Source: Alphaproteobacteria bacterium (lineage in GTDB: Bacteria; Pseudomonadota; Alphaproteobacteria; GCA-2731375). Taken from it: a DNA stretch of 59,973 bases. The DNA is taken from assembly GCA_046582635.1 (NCBI GenBank), contig JAYGEA010000128.1, positions 1 to 59,973 of the forward strand. The letters are read 5' to 3'. A program made the translations under genes and the position numbers. Numbering within the stretch: the stretch's first letter is position 1; the number at the start of each line of letters is the position of its first letter. Shown here one piece after another: positions 55,484-59,973 of the stretch. The notes under the pieces were generated by a model, which had not been told where the DNA came from, made no database searches, and worked only from the letters and a program-made list of their open reading frames with translations.

Positions 55484-55891
55484 TCAGTTTGGAATGATCA
55501 GATCCAGGGTTGGAAAAAAGCCTTTATATCGGCCCACATCCCGCGTGAGCAGACGATAGTCAGAGACCGCGGCATGGGCCCCAATGTAGAAGTACGGCAT
55601 CGGAGAGGTCCGTGAACCACCGCGCTGGCGATAGGCTAGAAAGCATTTACCGGCCAGGAACGCAGCCTCGTAGGGCAGGTTGTCGCGGCGGTGCATGGAT
55701 GTTGGCAGCGCATATTCCAAATCCTCGATGTTGCGGTAGCCAACCGAAACTTCGGCGTAAACAAGTGGATTAATCACGAGGATCGCACTGTTTGCGGCTT
55801 CGGCTAGTGCGTTGGCCGACCAGTTTTGCCATGTCTTGTCATTGCCCGCGACATCCAGAATGACGTTGCTATCAACGAGAACCGGTCTCAT
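55484..55891 (-). CDS. vapC: VapC PIN-domain toxin (conserved Asp replaced by Tyr)
   Basis: LVDSNVILD, YAE, P(Y)FYIGAHA, LLTRD; ATGA overlap with antitoxin. Confidence 0.85.
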   Translation of the reverse strand: MRPVLVDSNVILDVAGNDKTWQNWSANALAEAANSAILVINPLVYAEVSVGYRNIEDLEYALPTSMHRRDNLPYEAAFLAGKCFLAYRQRGGSRTSPMPYFYIGAHAAVSDYRLLTRDVGRYKGFFPTLDLIIPN

Positions 55892-56121
55892 GAATCGCGC
55901 GTCAATGCCATGATTTCGTCGGTGGTCATGGAAATATCGCTCGTCCCCCGTAGTCGCCGAATGATCTCGGCGCCCCGGCCGGTGCCATCCTTGGACGGAA
56001 CTGGGATGATGCGAACCGCGCTGCCATCATACTCGAATTCAACCTCGGTATTCGGTAATAGACCCGCGCTTTCCCGTATTCGGGCGGGAATGGTCACCTG
56101 CCCCTTCGATGTAATCCGCAT
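55888..56121 (-). CDS. vapB: AbrB/MazE-type antitoxin
   Basis: MRITSKGQVTIP..IRE..GL, C-terminal TTDEIMALTR. Confidence 0.88.
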   Translation of the reverse strand: MRITSKGQVTIPARIRESAGLLPNTEVEFEYDGSAVRIIPVPSKDGTGRGAEIIRRLRGTSDISMTTDEIMALTRDS

Positions 56122-56385
56122 GCCAATCATCCTAAATTCCTACTTGGAAAAGTAAGAGTAGGAAATATTGCCCAAATTGGCAGCAGCTTGCGATCTCCTT
56201 CGTGGCGGCTGGATCAAAATGTCTTGCATTTCGGCCTTGAGAGCCCTACCAAAGCGGCGTAACCGGCTGCATCGATATGGTTCTTCCATAAATATTCGGC
56301 CCAGATCATTCGTAGAGGCGTCTTCTCTAATTCTTGGGTGCGGCGCTGAAATTTCGTATTCAGCGCTTAATGGACGGACGGCATA

Positions 56386-57420
56386 TTGAACAAGTCTGAG
56401 TTTGACGCGGAACGTACAACTGGGCTGACCACAACACGTGAATGGTTGCGGTTGCTGGCGCCGTACCGCGAACCAAATCATATCCGCAGTTTTGGCGAGC
56501 TGTTCCTGACCGGTGCCATATTTGTGGCGTTGTGGGTGGCCGCGTGGTTGGCATTTTCCATCAGTTATTGGTTGACCCTGGCGATCTCGGTCTTGGCGGC
56601 GGGCACGTTGGTTCGTCTGTTCATGATCCAGCATGATTGCGGCCATGGCGCCTTTTTCCGGCGCCGGGCCATAAATGATTGGGTGGGCCGGCTGCTCGGC
56701 GTTTTGACCATGACGCCGTACAAGGTCTGGCGGCACAGCCATTCAACCCATCATGCGACGTCGTCCAATCTGTGCAAGCGGGGCATCGGAGATATTTCTA
56801 CCCTGACGGTGCGGGAATATCAGGTCCTGTCAGGCCCCCGGCGCCTGGCTTACCGGCTATATCGCAGTCCGTTGGTTATTTTCGGCATTGGGCCGGCCTT
56901 TCAATTCCTGCTGCGCAATCGACTGCCCCAAGGGATCCGCCGTGAAGCCTTGACCAACTGGGTCTCCGCCATGGGGACCAATCTGACGATATTTATTGTC
57001 GCCGGCGTGATGATTTACGCCGTTGGCGCCGGCCCTTTCCTGCTGGTTCATTTGCCGATCATCCTGCTGGCCTCTTCTATCGGGGTTTGGCTGTTCTACG
57101 TCCAGCACCAATTCGAAGATACCTACTGGAGCGAGAACCAGGCCTGGAGCTTGCAGGACGCAGCCTTTCAGGGCAGTTCCCACTATGCCCTGCCCCAGCC
57201 GTTGCGCTGGTTCACCGCCAACATCGGCGTCCACCATGTCCACCACCTGCAAAGCCGCATTCCTTACTATCGCCTGCCCCAGGTCCTGCGGGATTTCCCC
57301 GAATTGGCCGAAGTCCGCCGCATGAACCTCAGGCAAAGTTTTGCCTGTGTCCGCCTGCGCCTGTGGGACGAGGGCCGCTCCAAGCTGGTCACCTTCGCCA
57401 AGGCGCGCAAGCAGGATTGA
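56386..57420 (+). CDS. Membrane fatty acid desaturase (acyl-lipid, Des-like)
   Basis: Three His boxes HDCGH, HSTHH, HHVHH; hydrophobic segments; YVQHQFE. Confidence 0.9.
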   Translation: MNKSEFDAERTTGLTTTREWLRLLAPYREPNHIRSFGELFLTGAIFVALWVAAWLAFSISYWLTLAISVLAAGTLVRLFMIQHDCGHGAFFRRRAINDWVGRLLGVLTMTPYKVWRHSHSTHHATSSNLCKRGIGDISTLTVREYQVLSGPRRLAYRLYRSPLVIFGIGPAFQFLLRNRLPQGIRREALTNWVSAMGTNLTIFIVAGVMIYAVGAGPFLLVHLPIILLASSIGVWLFYVQHQFEDTYWSENQAWSLQDAAFQGSSHYALPQPLRWFTANIGVHHVHHLQSRIPYYRLPQVLRDFPELAEVRRMNLRQSFACVRLRLWDEGRSKLVTFAKARKQD

Positions 57421-57428
57421 ACGCGAAG

Positions 57429-59665
57429 CTATTTTGTAAGCGACCGGGCGACCCGGAAACCGGTGAAGTAGTCGCGAACATTATGCTTGGTCCAAAGTCG
57501 ATAGGCCGAGCGCAAATGCGAAACTCCACTCATCGCAGAGCCGCCGCGAACGGCATGTCGATAGCATTCGCCCCAGGTTTTGGCCGCACCGTCCTGCGGC
57601 GCGTCATAGTAATCCTTTTTCTTGCAATCCCGCACCCATTCCAAGGCGTTGCCGTGAAGATCGTGGAGGCCGAAAGCATTCGCCTTATACCGGCCAACCG
57701 GCGCGGTTCGCATGCCATAGCCGTCATCGCAATATTTGTACCGCCCGTCGATGTCAGTATTTATGTCGGCGCCATTCATGTGATCGCAGAGGGCACCAGG
57801 ATCGTCGCCAAAGCTGTATATAGTCCGGCTGCCCGCGCGGGCGACGTATTCCCATTCGGCCTCGGATAACAGCCGATAGCCGCCGCCGGATATTTCATTC
57901 AGCCATTTGATATAGGCTTGCGCGTCTTTCCAGCTGACACAGACGGCGGGATCATTATCCGTCTGGTTATATCCGGGGTCGCGCCAGCTCCGGCTGTGGT
58001 CCAATTCAATTTTTTCACCATTGAAGAATTGGCAGCCATCCGTGAAGTTCTTACCTGTCGATTGCACAAACCGGGCAAACTGTTGGCGTGTAATTTCAAA
58101 CTTACCCACCGCAAGTGGGTAATCGATTTCAACCTTATGCACGGGCCTTTCCTGCTTCTTGCCTTTGCCGCTTAAATCGCCCATGAAAAACCTGCCCGGT
58201 GGGATCACCACCAGTTCCGGGCAGTCCGGGCAATCCTTGAACGTCTCGCCGGGCCGATGGTCGCGCCGACGATTGGGATAGGTGCCCACCGCTGGTTTCG
58301 CCCTGCTGGGCGCCGTAATTCTGGGCGGAATAAGGGCCGCCGTGCGGGCGGACAGGGCGGCATGTAATTTTTTGGCGCGGGCGGCAAAACGGCCCGATGG
58401 ATGCGCCTGTAGAAACGATGCCAGGACCGAAGGCACGTCACTATCCCTGACCGTTTTCCAAAAGTTTAATTCATCGCCGTCAATCGGCGCCAACAGGGTG
58501 GCGAAAACATAGCCGGTCCCGCCCCCTGGCTGTTCGATCCGCAACCACCTGCCGCCGGCGGCTTCCCCCGTTACCGTCACGCCGGTATCCTTGGCGATGC
58601 GGCCTTGCTTTGCCGATGATGTGGTGGGTCGGGACCGCACGTTGGCGTTTTTCAGGGCCACGTAGCTGGCGTAAATTTCCTTGATACTTTGGTCCGGCGG
58701 TTGCAGGGATGCCGTCTGTGTCGGTTTAAATTCTTCGATCTTGATACGGGCCAGGGGGGCGAAGGGGCCGTTGGGATATTGGTTCAGATAGGCCTGAAAA
58801 ACGGCATGATTGCCGCTGTCCTTGATGGATTCCCAAAACATCAATTCAGCGGAATTGCTTTCGGGCTTGCTCTGTGATGTCGCGGGCGCGGGTGCTGCCA
58901 TTTTGCCGATGGCGGTCTCGTTGAATATAAAATCCCCCTTGATGGAGGACGTGATCCACGGGTCCTGCTTGCCGTTGGTGGCGGCCGATACCCGCCGGGC
59001 GGTTTCCTTGAAGACATCCTCCAGCTTCAGGCCGGGCCGGTCCAGCACCGCCAGCAACGCGCCCGTGAAGACCCCGTGCCCGCCCTTGGGGCCGTCCTGG
59101 GCGGTCTGTCCCAGGGCAGCGGAATAAACCATGGCCATGCCCCCGATGCCGGCGGGTGCGGCGGTAACGGTCAGGCCGCGGGAGGCGGAGCGGCTGCGTT
59201 TCGGCAGGGGATTGTCCCGGCAGGCATCCATGATGACGATATTGAGGCAGCTGCCCGCCCGTTTCATGGCGTGGAGGAAAGTATCCGCCCGGATGGCTTC
59301 AAAATCCAAATCATCCTCCACCTCGATCTCGGCGTTCGCGGGAATGATATAGTTCGCGCCACGGGCCTTAATGCCTTGGCCGGCATAGAACGCCAGGCCC
59401 ACGTCCGCCCGTTCCAGTTTGCCCTCGAATTCGGCGATGGCACGGCCGATCTGGCGGCGGCTGGCGTCCAGTTTGACGATCACCTCGAAGCCGAGGCTGC
59501 TCAACTTTTTGGCCATGCCGCGGGCATCGGTGGTGGCGTTGTTCAGACTGGGCAGGGTGGCGTAGGTATCAATGCCGATCACCAGAGCGACCCGCCGCGC
59601 CGCCGCCGCATCAAAGACGGTCAGTAAGAACAGCAAGGTGATGATCGTAAGCCGGAATGTCTCAT
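57429..59665 (-). pseudogene. Caspase (peptidase C14) + SH3-like + FGE-sulfatase domain protein, frameshift after start codon
   Basis: RVALVIG, FYAG(Q)G, DACR, FKDCPDCPE, RLLSEAEWEY, NAFGLHD.HGN..EW, GFRVAR; ATG at 59665 (ATGA overlap with upstream stop) is one base out of frame with the signal-peptide-like TFRLTIITLLFLL. Confidence 0.7.
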
Positions 59666-59973
59666 CGTTCGCTCACCGTGATCACGAAAGAGGCTTCCGA
59701 TACCACGGCATCGGGCAGTTTTTGAAAGGTGGGCGATGGTTTCAAGGCCATGCCGGGGGGCAGGGGGGCCGGGGAGTTACCCGAACGTTTCATGCCGGCC
59801 AGAATGCCGTTAGCGGGGATGCCGTCCAGGGCCAGGTCGGATTCTTCCTCGATCCGGGCATTGGCCGGGATCAGGTAGTTCTCGCCTTACGATTGGATAC
59901 CGTGGCCGGCATTGAACACCAGCCCCACGTCGGCCTCGCGCAATTGTCTCTCGAACGCCGCGATGGCCCGGTA
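59662..59973 (-). pseudogene. Second caspase-domain gene remnant (5' part outside window)
   Basis: YRAIAAFERQLREADVGLVFNAGHGIQS*GENYLIPANA... with in-frame TAA (59887-59889); the DACR region is missing before the ...SEASFVITVSER* end. Confidence 0.75.

Overview
High-GC, probably alphaproteobacterial accessory/catabolic window (taxon inferred from gene content and CtrA/GANTC-type motifs). It opens with the 3' end of an IS30-family element directly abutting a complete furoate-degradation operon (hmfABCDE). That operon is extended by a second CoxMSL-like molybdenum hydroxylase, an SDR, a RidA protein and an MBL hydrolase. Most of the rest is a dense set of catabolic enzymes: four LLM oxidoreductases, hydantoinase A/B plus D-carbamoylase, 2OG-Fe dioxygenases, sulfotransferases, MaeB, an Fe-S-less OYE, and a tandem pair of QueG/reductive-dehalogenase-like proteins. 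There is also a vapBC locus and many decayed genes. The most striking unexplained element is a ~1.2-kb interval (~16090-17320) without a credible ORF. Its minus strand carries 13 C(UUCG)G motifs, most capping long G-U-rich hairpins spaced ~50-60 nt apart, with end-to-end long-range complementarity, a terminal stem plus U-tract, and an upstream region holding DnaA boxes, a CtrA-like site and GANTC sites. This is a candidate undescribed large structured ncRNA. Other notable non-coding structure includes a three-copy ~85-97 bp inverted-repeat (REPIN/MITE-like) family and a ~180-bp direct repeat framing a zincin-peptidase cassette (polymorphic-toxin-like). All family calls come from motif recognition by eye; no database searches or folding programs were run.
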